A DNA stretch of 62,373 bases, counting the filler, from Choristocarpus tenellus KU-1152 (lineage: Eukaryota; Protista; Phaeophyceae), in NCBI GenBank assembly GCA_964200185.2. It is 13 parts of 13 records of this genome, joined end to end, with 100 filler letters (N's around TTAATTAATTAA, not from the genome) between each part and the next. Parts side by side here need not be neighbours in the genome. Positions count along the whole stretch, not along the records: positions 25,793 to 29,402 come from CAXNAD020018967.1; positions 29,503 to 32,030 come from CAXNAD020027038.1; positions 32,131 to 37,014 come from CAXNAD020012673.1; positions 37,115 to 43,974 come from CAXNAD020007201.1; 9 more parts are not named here. One strand, written 5' to 3'. The position numbers and the translations under genes are program-made. This document shows, piece after piece, positions 26,496 through 39,898 of this stretch; positions within the stretch are counted from its first letter, which is position 1, and the number at the start of each line of letters is the position of its first letter. The notes under the pieces are model-generated. The model was not told where the DNA came from and ran no database searches. It was given only the letters and a program-made list of their open reading frames with translations.

Positions 26496-28402
26496 GTGTG
26501 TGCGTGTGTGCTTGAAGCGGGAGCCCACAATGACTCAAGCTGCAATTATGCCGAAGAAATCGGAGAATCTGCTGCTGCTGCTAACAACGCTGAGCAGCAG
26601 CGCGACATTGATGTAATCCTCTAACCCTAACCCTAACTCCATTCGCTTTCGCCTTGCCATCCTCCCGTGTGCGCTGCTTCCTTGCCATCCTTCTCTGGAC
26701 TTGTCGACACACTTCTCGCGTATTTCTGGGCAGTGGCAATTGGTATCATGGATAGACAGCAAGGCTATGTTTGGCGACGAAGAATCCTTTGCCCAAGAAC
26801 ACCAGTCGCAACTTCTCAGCTATGTCAACAGGTCACACCCGTTCCCCCCACTTCCCAGTTCCCCCCGCTTCCCTTCTCCTCCCCGCGCGCATGTCTAGTT
26901 GTCCATGTCTAGTTGTCCATGGCTGGTTGCATTAGTAGGCATTTGTTGCGTCTTTGTCCTCGGAGTGAAAGCAACCAATAGAGGACAGTGCCAACGAGGG
27001 ACTTTATTCTCGTGGTGCATGCTTTTGGAGCATTCCGTCGGCAGCTGTGGAGTGGGCTTTTGAGTGTTTTTGTGGGTACATTCAGTGTGGTACATTCAGT
27101 GTGCGGGGGGGAGTAGGGTACCCTTCTCGGAACCCTTTTTTGAGATGTCTTCGAACAAATGTCCTTCAAACAACGTCGACAAAGAGACCTTGAAACTCAA
27201 TACGGCCAAAACGTAAACGCATCTTGGTTATTGACTTTGACTCTCAATCTCTGCGTGGAATTACCCCTTCACAGGCTAGACTCCGCCTCTCTACAACAGT
27301 AGACAACAGTGGAGCTCTTATCATTTGTTTGTCGCATTTTACTGCTCGACAGAAGTCCGATTTGGTAGTGGCTTAGGTTATCCTCACAAGGGTGTACCCC
27401 AAAGGTAGTGCATAGGTCTTCACAAATATGCTTTTGTTCCTCCATAGAGCATGGACGTCCTTGTTTGGAATCTAGCCCAGATTTTTTTGGAGCTTGGGAA
27501 AGGTGCGTGTTTTGATAGCATGCCCCTACCTTTCCAGTATGTGTACTTTTTGGGAGCGGTGTCGGGCTGGCGTTTATTTTGGGTGCATACGCCTCTCCAT
27601 GGTCTAGAGCAAGCGCATTGGAGCAAGAATCGAGTAGGCAAAAGGGAGTCGACATTGGTTTAATGGTGCTGTGGATCAAAAAGGTTTGATGATAATATAT
27701 TTTTAGTTGTGTAAGAATTTTTTTGATCCGATTGGTTGGAATCAAAACGTGCAAGAAGCGCTGAGCTCTGCCAGGGCTCTGAGGAAATTTTCTAGTAGAG
27801 TGCGTGGCAGACTTATTTACAAGAAATGAACCGATTGATGTTCGTTACTAACGATTATTACCGATTAATGATTATTACCGATTAATGATTATTGATGTTC
27901 GTTACTAACGATTATTACCGATTAATGATTATTGATGTTGATTGCCTTCGATTCCTAATACTATCGTTCTTAGGGTTAAGGCTGGGTTCTTCAGGTTTGG
28001 CTTTATACTGCTCAAGTAGAGGTGTGTCCTAGGTGGTTATCTGCGCTGGGAATTCTGGTTCGTTGTATGTGCTAAGGTACAAAATTTTGCGAGTTCTTTT
28101 ATCGTGGGCTTCTGTTGGTACATACCTTGACTTCTGCTCTGTGTGTGTGTGCCTGGCTGTACCCCCCCCCCCCCCGCACCCCCCTCTATTCCCATATTTT
28201 TTGTTTTTGTTTTTAAATATTTTTTTCCTTTTTTTCCCCTCTCTTTATGTGATGTAGGTATGGTCCTGGCATGGTGATATACTGGTTTGGGCTTGTGGAG
28301 ACGCTGGTGTTACCCTCGTACAAGAACTTTCTCAAGGACATCATGGTCACCAGCGACTTCCCCAGTCCGGTGATGCTGCCTGATGGACAACTTCGAAATT
28401 AG
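26300..28402 (+). CDS. CDIN1: CDAN1-interacting nuclease 1 (C15orf41-like, PD-(D/E)XK-type), 3' portion
   Basis: Exons 26300-26405, 26734-26831 and 28258-28402 join in frame through GT-AG introns: FESESDLREKGAYKTPDILLQVP / WIDSKAMFGDE...LSYVNR / YGPGMVIYWFG...stop. These match the KTPD, WIESKAxFGD and NRxGPGxVIYW motifs of C15orf41. Confidence 0.88.
26435..26510. repeat. (GT)n microsatellite
   Basis: Seen directly. Others: (TATG)n ~15490-15524, (GA)n ~16646-16671, (AC)n ~35503-35537, (GGCT)n ~50682-50718. Confidence 0.95.
27833..27938. repeat. Nested tandem repeat in CDIN1 intron
   Basis: ATTGATGTTCGTTACTAACGATT twice, plus 17-bp ATTACCGATTAATGATT three times. Confidence 0.85.
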
Positions 28403-28841
28403 CAATAGGGAGAGTTGTGTTGCTGGTGGGTTCGAATGTAAGGTGGAGGATGGAAGATGAGAGGGGTGTGAATATGCCTTGGCCAGATGTGATTTCGTTT
28501 TGTGTTCTTCCGTTGGCTTGTTTGAGCCGTTACAGTAGAATGGAACAGGCGGGGGTGACCCACCTGTCAGTATTTTGAAAGATTTTATTTCTGATTTTAC
28601 TTGTGTTTTAATGTGTTTTCCACTGGCCTATTTCTTTCGTAGTATGGTGATAAACTGCTACAGAGCGATGTGCATATATTCTGGAGTAGTGTTTGTTGTT
28701 TCCGGTATTTTGGGTATAGCCTGAATGTCATTGTGTGAACTGGCTCTCGCGGTGAGGTGGTGTCGTGCACAATCTGTATTTATTGTGTGATCAACCTGTT
28801 GATGGGAGATTCATCAAAAGGGGAGTGTATTGCAGTCAATT

Positions 28842-29018
28842 CTTCTCTTTGACCTTGCCCTCAGAGGAATTGTCACAGGACAAGATAGAGGACAGCGTAT
28901 GATTGCTCCTCCAGAATGTTGGTTCCCTTCCTTCTCTTTTACCTTGTCCTCAGAGGAATCGTCACAGGACAATGCAGAGGACAGCGTATGATTGCTCCTC
29001 CAGAGTGCTGGTTCCCTT
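28842..29018. repeat. 89-bp tandem duplication downstream of CDIN1
   Basis: Two copies starting at 28842 and 28931 (CTCAGAGGAAT...AGAGGACAGCGTATGATTGCTCCTCCAGA). Confidence 0.85.
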
Positions 29019-29525
29019 ACTTGGCTATGCTTGATGTTTGCCTTCTTCCCACCCTCTATGATTGCACATAATAAGAGGCAAGAGGAGTCGTGCGCATGCA
29101 GGTGCATCTCTCGTGGAGCTACTCAAGTACCCACCTGGTACATACAGCGTCCACGAGTATTGGTTGAAACCGTTCTTTTGGTGGAGCAAATGAGGATCAC
29201 CTCCTTTTTGCTTTGTGTTTAAGCTAATTTTGGTGATACAAGTGTTCATTCAGTGGTAGTCAGGAGTGCATTTGCTATTAACATGCTAATTCTTTGGAAC
29301 ATGATTTTGAGCATATAATTCTAATGTAAGGGGTACTATTCACTAAATCATACCCCTCCTATACCCCCCCCCTCCTTTGCCCGTTACCAATATTATTTGT
29401 ATNNNNNNNNNNNNNNNNNNNNNNNNNNNNNNNNNNNNNNNNNNNNTTAATTAATTAANNNNNNNNNNNNNNNNNNNNNNNNNNNNNNNNNNNNNNNNNN
29501 NNGCGATGCAAAGCGGAGTGCCAAA

Positions 29526-29526
<1 letters not shown>

Positions 29527-29589
<63 letters not shown>

Positions 29590-29602
29590 CTGGCAGGCAG
29601 GC
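29527..29602. repeat. (GGCA)n microsatellite
   Basis: Seen directly; explains the spurious ACLP-repeat ORFs. Confidence 0.95.
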
Positions 29603-30548
29603 GTGTGTGTATTCCACAACAGCGACGACGACGCTGTCACCACTCAAATCCCCCCCCCCCCAAGATACTTTGACCTGAACAACAGTCCATCCTTCAATAG
29701 CTCAATGTATAGTGGATAATTTCTGAAAAACACAAAATCAACTATTGTTGTCTCCTGGTCAGAGACATGCGAAAATGCTTGAGTGTATTAGTTTGTAAGT
29801 CTTGTAGAGAGGAGAAGTGTTGTGTTGGTTAAAGGACACCAGTATCACAACTACTGTGGGTGGTGACTGACGATGGCAAAAAATAAAAACATGACTTTTG
29901 TTCCAACCCCTATCACCATTAATAATAAGAGATAATCATTAGTAGTTAGTTGGAAAAGTAGATTAATGTTTGTAAGATATAGGATTTATTATCTTCTCGG
30001 AATAATGTGCAACAAATACAAATTAGGGTGGTGTGTCTAATTGATCGTTGTTGGTGTAACTTGACCATTACACAGCTGACCATACTATATTTCATCGTAT
30101 TCTACTTTTCATTATATTTTTGTTGTTAGTCGGAAAGATAGAATACCAATGTGTGGTTCTTCCTTCCTCATGGAATGGAAGTACTGTTGAAAATATCTCC
30201 AACAAGATTGGTTGAAGTATACTCAACTTACGACAAATATATAGATCCTTACGTATATATTATATTCCTAAATATTCATTCCTTTTGATATCCTTCTGAC
30301 ATAGTTGATGGAATACTATCGCACCTTGTATATTGTAAGACAGTCGTGATGAATCACTGGATTAAATTTCGATTCCAGCCGCTACTTAGAATGCCCAATC
30401 CTTCTCCGAAGAAACCGTTTATCATTTCTCTCCTTTACTCCATTTCACCCTTCTATTCCTCTATCTCTTCACCTCCATCCCCAGGAAATACCACAATTGG
30501 TTTACCCCGTCTGTCTTTTTGGAGAGTCTCCATCAAGGCAACGACATC

Positions 30549-31995
30549 ATGTTGTGGAACTTTCCTGCGAGAGTTTATTTAGCCTTCATTGTGTTTAGCT
30601 GGTGTTGCTGTGACTTTACAACAGGCGGTGTGCACAGAGAAGATGAGAATTACCAACGCCAGACTGTGGTGGACTATACAGGAGGAGTGGCCGTCGCCAC
30701 ATGTAAGGATCTTAAGGACTTAGTGGAGATTACTTGGAAGAAGAAAAGCGGGCACCTACAACAACACCACACAGCACTAGTACAGGACAACTTGTCCTGT
30801 GACGAGGAGGTGGGAAACAGTTACTGTTCATAATTTTGTTTCGAGACCAAGCTTGTCTCCCTCAACAAACTCATACCTAACTAGTTGTCGATAGGCCAAT
30901 GATGGGTTTGATATTAACGACGAACAATGCTTTATATGATGAAGAGTTATGTCTCCAATGTCGCAATGACGTTTCGGAGACTGTGCCCCACCTTAATGAG
31001 AGGAGCATGTAGGCAATGGTTTCTTTGTGACTCGAGATAGGTCCAGCGATGACAAACCCTAATATGAAATGCCCATTCGATATGTGTTATTGTTTAGCTT
31101 ACAACTGGTCGTTTTCGTGTTGGAAACGTGACAGATCACGGTGAGTGAAGATCAACATATTACCATCTCTAATAATTTGGGTGACACATTGAGGAACGTG
31201 AAGATTGTGATGGGAAATATTAAGAATGTGGGTTCATTCATCACCAATCACGGACTTCTGGAGCTGGAGGGTATAACACTAATGAGTGGACCTCAGAACA
31301 AGGACCTGCGTGCGGTTGACAACCGCAATGTGCTGAAGGTTGTGGACACCGAGTGAGTGGAGTTGTGGGGTCAATATGACACTATTTGAAAAAGGAATTG
31401 CACAATTATTTTTTCGAGTAGAAACCAAACGTGATTGGACGTGCTGACAGAGACCTTGCATAGTGTGCTTTGCGGTGGTGAGTAATCCGTAGATGGGATT
31501 GAAAGCAGTTGGGAGACGTGGTTTGTGTTGAATCATGCTGGCTTGAGCATGTAAGTATATTTCCCGTTGTGCCAGACTTTTGGTCTCAATTATTGGAATA
31601 TCCATGACTCATGTAGTTGGCAGGATATATGATTGTCCCCATCTTGATAAATCGTTACAACCTCTTCTTACCAACCCTTCCAGATTTCACCATTTCTCGT
31701 CACTGCAAGCGGGCGGGGCCATTCTCAGTACTGGTCCAATGATGACATTTTTTAATGCAGAGTTTACACACAACAAGGCGCTGCAAGAGGGAGGGGCTAT
31801 TTGCTCCAGAGCAACAACTATGGCTAAGGTTAGTGGAGACCACACGTAAGACTTTCAAGAATAATCGTGTGGGGAGTACAGCGTTTAGTCTTCCGTTGAT
31901 CTGTGCTTCATTCAATCTTACTGCAGGTGGAGATCAATGGCTCGAACTTTAGTGGGAACAATTCTGGCTATGGTGGAGGATGTGTGCATTCAGAG
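30549..31995 (+). CDS. Secreted Pmp/adhesin-like beta-helix protein (GGAI / FxxN repeats), 5' portion
   Basis: Exons 30549-30809, 31135-31352, 31684-31828 and 31927-~31995 are in frame. Hydrophobic N-terminus MLWNFPARVYLAFIVFSW; repeats AGGAIL, FTHNKALQEGGAIC, FSGNNSGYGGGCV. Truncated at the contig end. Confidence 0.75.
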
Positions 31996-32130
31996 GTGAG
32001 GAGTAGTGTTTCCATTTCTGGACTTGCAATNNNNNNNNNNNNNNNNNNNNNNNNNNNNNNNNNNNNNNNNNNNNTTAATTAATTAANNNNNNNNNNNNNN
32101 NNNNNNNNNNNNNNNNNNNNNNNNNNNNNN

Positions 32131-32198
32131 CAAAAATCGCGACATGAAAAAACTGACCCCAAATGGACAGCCGCCACCCCCCCCAGATACTTTGAGCT
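32131..32198 (+). mobile_element. Family B transposon end (related to family A)
   Basis: CAAAAATCGCGACATGAAAAAACTGACCCCAAATGGAC...CCCCAGATACTTTGAGC; also at 36917-37014 (minus), 37115-37208, and short ends at ~10705, ~29650 and 54702. Confidence 0.75.
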
Positions 32199-32904
32199 GT
32201 CTTTGCCAAATAGCAGAGTTGCTTGTGTGTGGAAAGATGGGATCTCAATTTTGTGTACACTATTGTGCACATAAAGCAATGAATTAAATTAGAGTGTATT
32301 TCACAGGGTAAGAAAAATGGCATGGAATGCAATTAACGGTCAAAATCTGTGAACCCTTCGACTACTTTCGCTCAAGTTAGGGTTTCATCAATCATAATAC
32401 GTGCTCCTGGGTTGAGCTACTATAGTGAATTAATCAAAATCATTCACATGCCTCAAAAGAGATGCTTGGCACCACTAGGCACAAGCATTCAATGTGCACT
32501 TGTTGTGCGTGACCCATGTACACAGTGCTCTAAATTTGGGTTGCCTTGTGTAATTCCAAGTGGTGGGACTGTCCATCGGCCCCGCGAATAAGCAGGTCAG
32601 CTTCATTGTCTGCATCCACGGGATGTGCAGCTAGCACCCATCTTTCATCTCTCTCTGTCTTGAACGCTTCAAGCTTCGGAACCAAAATGAGAGTGCAATA
32701 GGACAGAGTGTTGGGCTGGACTCAGAGGGTGACGAAAGGCAAAATATTCTTGTGCTGTTCTTGTGTGTGTCTATATTTTCCACAGAGTAAGGAATTTTCT
32801 CCTTTGTTTAGGACGCACCATTTCCTGCCCCAAAAACTCACCCCGACTTTCACACACATGAGTGGCACCGATGGCCTATGGGAACCAAGCACACAGTTGA
32901 GTTT

Positions 32905-33163
32905 GATTGAACGCATCTTAGAGGGTACGACTTTTCCTCTGTTTGTCCATTTGGGACTTGGCTTCCCACGAGTTTTTAATGACATTCTACCTACTCCAAA
33001 ATGCTTCGGAGTAGGTAAAGTGTGTATGTTATGAAAAGGTGTGTCCAGAACAAGGACATTGACATTTCCTAACAACCATGATAGCCAAAATTTTATCAAA
33101 ATCGGAAAGTTGGATTTTGGCCCCCAAATGGATGCGACTGTACCCTCAAAGATACTTTGACTC
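32905..33163 (+). mobile_element. MITE family A, full copy, TSD GTTT
   Basis: Same body and TIRs; GTTT on both flanks. Confidence 0.9.
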
Positions 33164-33299
33164 GTTTTTCCTCTGAGTGGACACAGGTCAAATAAATGGA
33201 CATACCTGGGACTCATTGAGTTGTGGATGGAACCCTTCTGCCATGCGATATACGGCATTGTGACTAGAGGCCAAGGATCGAAGGACCTGGGTGCGTACA

Positions 33300-35496
33300 A
33301 ACACAGATACACATTTTTCTGATAGGTTCATGTGTTGTGGTTGGAGAGGGAGGGAAGTGGGGTGGTGAACTGCATCTATCGCAATCATTCAAATTTTCTC
33401 TTCTGATATCGGAGGAATTAAATAGCTGAAGCAGACTTGGGAGGTACATAAACTCAGGAACAACCTTCGCTGCCGGTCCCAATTTCTCATCTTCACCCAA
33501 TGTGTACTTTAAACTGCGGTGACTGTATCAGTGGTAGCTTGTTATTATCCTGCTAGCTCTGGTCGGGTCCTCTTTTCACAGCACATCTGAGACGTCCCTC
33601 AGCTCACTTATGGACACAATCCAGCAATTACTCAAATTTTGTACATCAAGTTGATTGTCTCTCAAAGGTGTTGTTTGCTCTGCCTCATCTGCCCGCTCTG
33701 ACGCCCCACCTGCTCCTGCAGACCTCGCAAGTAGTGGTTGCGTTCAAGGGTGGTGGCCCACTCAGACTGGGCCAAGGCAATCTCAGGATCTGTCTTCCCC
33801 TCATTTGCTTGTCTGAGTACGACACTTCCTGTCTCTTCTCTGTCTTCACTCACTGTTGGTGGAGGTAGATGATGGGAGGATTGGATCATGAGTCGGATGC
33901 AGGCAATGTAATAGTCTTCGTGCAATGCATCCCTCTGTAGCACCACACGGTCCTTGCCAACTGCTCCAGAGCCTTGCACCGGCTGATGATTCAGGATACA
34001 GCTAGTGTAAGAAGAAAGATACCAGTACATCACTGCAGGAATCCAAGTATTCTATAGTAGAGGGGTTGCAGTTTTTCTGTTGACTTCAGGCTATGAAGGT
34101 GGAGAGCAGAAGCAAATATATTGGATGAGGTTGTTATCGATAAAGAGGAACAATCTCACCGTTTGGATGAACCAAATCACGGGTTGTACGAGGGTCTGGG
34201 GCAGACATCTCCAGCGGCTCATCAGGAAGGCAAAGATCAATCCTGTGACCTTCAGACATGTCAATGTATGGGCGTATCTGAGGGTGATCTAGAAGGCTTG
34301 GGATCCGGGTCAGAGCAAGCATCGCCTGGATATGTAGCTGCCTCAGGCACTCCACAAAGCTGGAGAGAGGTGGTACAACCTCTAGTTTCCATTCCTCAAA
34401 ATTACCCTCCAGTCGAACCTGTATTATTTGTGTTTTTTTTCGAATTGGAGGGATAGAATAGTCTGATCACAACCTCTATTGACAACGAATCATGAGATAA
34501 TCCAACAGCAATTGTGTGAATTCAACATTTCAAAATTGTATATACTGGAGCCTGTAGTGATGGTGGCAGAAGAGTGCATCAATATCATGAAATCATTCGA
34601 TAACATTTGGTGCTTTCATGGTGGTCTGAGCGATTTTCTATTGCAGACAATAAAAAAGGTCAGCGACAGCTCAGGGCCCTCAAGAGGCTGTACCCAAGGC
34701 AGTGCATTTTGCAGGGACAAGAAGTCAGAAATACATCAGATCAAAAGAAAAAAACAAATTAGACATGCGGCGGATCCACTCACCACAAGCACAATGAAAG
34801 GCAAAATGGATAAATAAATACAATCTGTACACTGTAGATTCAATGTCTGTGCGTACTATTGGGGGGTGTTAGCATGAAGACACACCATTCATAACATGCA
34901 GCTTGCTTTCTCTTGTTACGATGATCAGGGCCATGAAAAACCATGTTCCTATGTGCTTCAGCTATTGAACATATCATAGAAAGATCACAAGATAAACCTC
35001 TGGGAGAGAGCCTCTTTTCTTGACTGTGTTTTAGAGCAGCGCTGCCTAAATGACTCTTTTCGTTTGATAGTTTATATATTTCTCAAACAGCATACTTCAG
35101 TTGTCCTATTTTTCACCTCGAAATTAATTTTGGTCCCATTCTTGCTGCCTTCATCCAATCTCCCACACCGAAACTTGCTCTTCCCCCTGCTTGTTTCGAT
35201 TGATCTCTGGTTATTATCTTGATCGATCATTCTATAATCGATAACAGCAGCCTTCCTCTGAGATGTATCTGGGCTAGGAGGTTCAACCAAGCTGCCATCG
35301 CCTCCATGATGAGGCACTGGTTCTCCTTCTTTCCAGTCCAAAGTATCTCTGAGGCATGGGTTAAATTGTTCAGAAGGGAAGAGAGCATTGCATCCCTCTG
35401 AGCAACCACATACGTATTTCATAGTAACAATGATCTGCGAAGTCTTTTCCTCTCAAACATCCTGAAGGAAAATTGAACCAAAATCTCCAGCACAAT

Positions 35497-35538
<42 letters not shown>

Positions 35539-36430
35539 CAATCTTGCAGCACAGTATGCCTTGACGAAGCAAACCTTGCATCAGACCTGTTCCAATACCC
35601 ACATCAAACCACAGCAAATATCAAAAGTGTATAGGAGATATAATGACTGCCTTTAAGCCAGCATCCTTAAAGTGGTGCATATCATGTAGGTGGGGCTGGA
35701 TAGGGGTTGAAAGTAAGGGTTATGATATTTTGTCAAAATTGAGGCTCTCTATGCTCCAGCCTATGAGAGAGTCATCTAAAATATAGAGTCCATGAAAGGA
35801 CTAAGGACAATGCACAACAGGCCGTAATGTTGTTCTCAGTTTTGAGGTAGCCCCCCAAAATGGTTCAAAGTACCAGCTCACACCAAGATATTTGGAAAAA
35901 AATAAAGTATGAATAACAATAATATGAGTGATAAAAGTATTCGTATCCTTGAATGAGTATGCACTATTGTTGCCATCCTTCAACAGCTCTTCCTGTAACT
36001 CATCAAGATGACCCTGCAATGTGCAATTCTCACTCACCCATTCGAGTAGGCCATGTTGCTGTCAAGATCCTCTAGTGACAAGCCGGGGGGGAAGGATATA
36101 TTGCTTATGTGTGCATCAACACCTCCAAGGCAATCCCAGACAAGGCTCACCATGCCCGATACAAAAGTGTCCTCATTAACCCCTTGTTGCACACCATGGA
36201 ATCTGTAGAATGTACCAGTAGTTGATAGTTGTTGGGATGGACGGATGCGTGAGAGAGTTGATGCAAAAAATATATATGGATGGATGGAAAAAATAATTTA
36301 ATCACTCATTGGAACATGTCGTAGCATACGTAGCTCCCCGTGTCTTGTGTTGTGGACAAGGACAACCACTATTGAGTGAGGTAGTTCACAGGACACTCCA
36401 ATTATTCTTCATCCCTGCCTGTCTCAGATA
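33300..36430 (-). pseudogene. Probable decayed multi-exon gene of unknown family
   Basis: Several protein-like minus-strand segments (e.g. IALAQSEWATTLERNHYLRGLQEQ, IPSLLDHPQIRPYIDM, FVSGMVSLVWDCLGG) interrupted by stops and frameshifts; no family recognised. Confidence 0.35.
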
Positions 36431-36916
36431 AACTTTCTTGTAAATGACTCTTAGGGATGGGAAATTAGAATTGTACGGCTAGTCTTTCAAGCAAACACAG
36501 TTGTTGGCAATGCTCTATTGACATATTAGAAGCTGCAAGCACTGGGAAAAGAGTGTACAAGTGAATACATCGCTGTGCAAGTGTGTGAGAAGCTCTAACT
36601 GACGGTCACTGATCCACATGCTAAAATCCTAATCCCAATGACCACTGATACATGCTCTGAAGCACTCAGTTTCTTAGGAGAAAAGTTCTTTCCATTCCTG
36701 TGATGCAAGGCATGTAAATGAATAGTAGTTCACACCATCAATGCCACACCCATGCAGTGGAAAGAAGTACGGGGCTCAAGAGATTACTTATTGAAGGCAT
36801 TGCAATCATGGCCAATAGCACTGCTATATATTGTAGGTAGGAAGTCCCTGGATGGTATTGTCCACAGGTATCTGTCAGCATTTGCTACTATGGTGACATG
36901 GAAGTGTGACTTAAAT

Positions 36917-37014
36917 GGCTCAAAGTATCTGGGGGGGGGGGGGCGGTCCATTTGGGGTTAAATTTTTTCATTTCACGGTTTTCGGGTGGTTTGGTTGCAT
37001 ATGTTGGGTGGATA
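36917..37014 (-). mobile_element. Family B transposon end
   Basis: GGCTCAAAGTATCTGGGG...GTCCATTTGGGG at contig end. Confidence 0.75.
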
Positions 37015-37114
37015 NNNNNNNNNNNNNNNNNNNNNNNNNNNNNNNNNNNNNNNNNNNNTTAATTAATTAANNNNNNNNNNNNNNNNNNNNNNNNNNNNNN
37101 NNNNNNNNNNNNNN

Positions 37115-37208
37115 TGATCCATTCGACGTATGGATCCAAATCATCACAAAATCGCGACATGAAAAAATTGACCCCAAATGGACAGCCACCCCCCAGATAC
37201 TTTGAGCC
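37115..37208 (+). mobile_element. Family B transposon end
   Basis: CAAAATCGCGACATG...CCCCAGATACTTTGAGCC at contig start. Confidence 0.75.
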
Positions 37209-37473
37209 AGATCTAGTACGGAGTGCTCAAAGTACTTTGAGTGGTGACAGTGCCTGACTTCTTGCTCCAGCCAGACGCTTCGACGTATACACATCAAGGT
37301 TCACTATCAGACAGGATATGCAAGGTCCTGTTCTGTCAGTTATCCATTCGAGCTATGCATGCACTCCCTGCGTCTAGCAACCCTAATCTATTATTTTACA
37401 ATAAAGTAGTACTGTGAGTGGTAGTACACGAAGAAGCTTTGCAGACTGAGACAATACTACATATGCATATGTG

Positions 37474-37730
37474 GAGTGAAAGTATCTCAGAGGGTACGAG
37501 TTTTACCCCGTTTGTCCATTTGTGACTTAGTTTCCCGCGGGTTTTTTTATGACATCTTCCTACTCCAAAATATTTCAGAGTAGGTGAAATGTATACATTA
37601 TGAAAAGGTGTGTCCGGAACAAGGATATTGACACTTCCTAACTAACTAGATTGCCAAAATTATATCAAAATCGCAACATCGGATTTTGCCCCCAAACGGA
37701 TGCGGCTCTACCTGCTAAGTACTTTGGCTC
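37474..37730 (+). mobile_element. MITE family A, full copy, TSD TGTG
   Basis: Same body and TIRs; TGTG on both flanks. Confidence 0.9.
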
Positions 37731-38168
37731 TGTGCTGACAGTGAAGCTGCAGTATGTCTCCCTCATGTGATCTCACACACATTGCACATGGTTGAAAGTC
37801 TTAGTCCCAATCAAGGCTTTGAGCCAGGTGGCATTATACCACCAAATTGTCCATCCTAGCAGGTACATTCATATTTCTGTCGGAGCTCAAAGGTGTTCGA
37901 TGCTGGAGTATATAATACAGAGTTCTCTGAAGTTTAACTCAACTGGGCAGTACTAGTTCATTTTACAAGAAGAGTCGACCCTCCATTTAGACTTCAGGGA
38001 ATAAAGTAAAATCACTCAACCTCTGTTCTACCGCAGAACCATAGCACACTCTCCATTTGTACATTGGTGTAGATTGTGAGGGATACTCGAAGGCTCTTCC
38101 TGCATCCAAGTTAGAGCAACCGAGCAGATGGGGATATAGTCACGGTCCCAAGATATACATACAATCAC

Positions 38169-39898
38169 CTTTGAGCCAACCTCCCGTGGGCATGGCGCAG
38201 TTCATCCTGGTTAGACTTTAGAGTCTCCACCAGGGACATAGTAAGCGCGCGACTTGCCTTGGTCTGAGAGAGTTGTGACTGTAGCAGCGCCAACTGAGAT
38301 GGACGTAGCGATGCACACAAAGTGACCAAGAAACAGCAAGAGCAAATGTAAAGGTCAATATGTGGTGGTAACACGATGAGGAGAAAGATAGTCTACCATG
38401 CATAACCTCAGACTGCTCAGCAGTAGTGTTGCATAAGCTGTTGGGGCGCTGAACACTCTATTTGGCGGTTGTATTATACTAGAGTCCCTCAGAAAACGAT
38501 TCAAGTTGAAGAACTTCACAAAATATACTTTCTAGGGGATTGTTCATCGGTGTTAATTTTTCTCCCATATACTACAAAAAATCTCAAGGTGATGTAGATT
38601 AAGATCTAGAGATCTAGGATGATCCGGAAAGGTTGTGTACAAAGAAGCGCAGTTTTAAACGTGAAAAAAATATCGCAACAAACGTTATAGTTTACGTCGT
38701 CCTAAAGTAGTACGAAATGTTGCACAACATTTGACTTCTATAGAAGGGGGGGACTGTTGGCGTTCAATTACACTACACATACGTATGGTACAGAGGGATA
38801 ATGAGTTCGTCGGAGTACAAATGAGGCCGATATTTAGGGAGGGGGCTTCAGTCATGCACTGTCGTAACTTGTTCTTTGAGGGTGGTCACGTTTTCGCCCA
38901 GGACACGAGCTTCCTTTTCCTTCTCCTTCAGGAGTGCAACCTCATCGAGGATACCTTCTTTCTCCCTCTCCTACAGACCTCGAAAGTATGCAGATCAGAA
39001 CAGGAGGTTTAACAAGGAAGGCGATAATCAGGGAAGTTTTTTTTATCGGGATACTTTGGACTGGCAGCATCGAAATATGCCTGGGTATAGATGTTGCTTT
39101 GGTGCTTTGCTTTGGTGCTTTGACCAATATGTCGGAGCGAGTTATATATATATATATATATTGGATGTAATTAGATTATCTAGTGAAACCACAACAGATT
39201 TACGGTGAACAATATTTCATCAGTATTCATCACCAACTCTCATTTAACTTGATGATAACCTGAGGTATTCCTTACCAGTTCTGTGACCGCGTCCTCCTTC
39301 TCCCTGAGTCTGACCCTGACACTCTCCACAGTAGCCTTCATCAAGGCTGCATCCTTTGATAGAGGTGCCTCGACACTAAGGGAATCGAGTGAAGGGTGAT
39401 TTGCCCGTCTTTCCTCTCCTTCCTCACCATGACAGCCACTATGAACCCCTTTAGTGTTGTTTCCATCGGCGGTGTGCGAGGTCTTATTCCCAACACCTAC
39501 TGCTTGGAGAGTGAGCGGGAAAGGGAATGAGGATGATTCTTGAAGTGTGCGATAACTCAAGTCTATATCTACTGGGGCGACTTGGTTGTTGGTGGACACA
39601 GGTATTAATTTCTCCACAGCCTGCCCAGTAGGATGTATAAGATATAGGGGATAGACATTTGGGGAGTGAGAGTACGGGTCGTGTGTTACACAGATTAGCA
39701 AAGTCTTGTACGACCAAGAACATAGGATTTCGTCATGTGTGATCCTTCATCAAGACTGTGCGTGAAACGTATGGAAACAAGAGGCAGACGGGCTTCATAT
39801 CATGTTCTAGCTGCAATGTGTGGCTCACCCAGTGAATCCGAAACAGATTTGGTGCGTTCGGATTGGCATCTCTGTCGCAGGGCGCTCTGAATCGCCAC
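38169..39898 (-). CDS. Coiled-coil protein of unknown function, partial spliced gene
   Basis: Exon-like segments with splice signals at ~39898-39829, 39620-39276, 38970-~38869 and 38293-38169, encoding KATVESVRVRLREKEDAVTEL / EREKEGILDEVALLKEKEKEARV / LALLQSQLSQTKASRAL. The 5' structure is uncertain. Confidence 0.55.
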
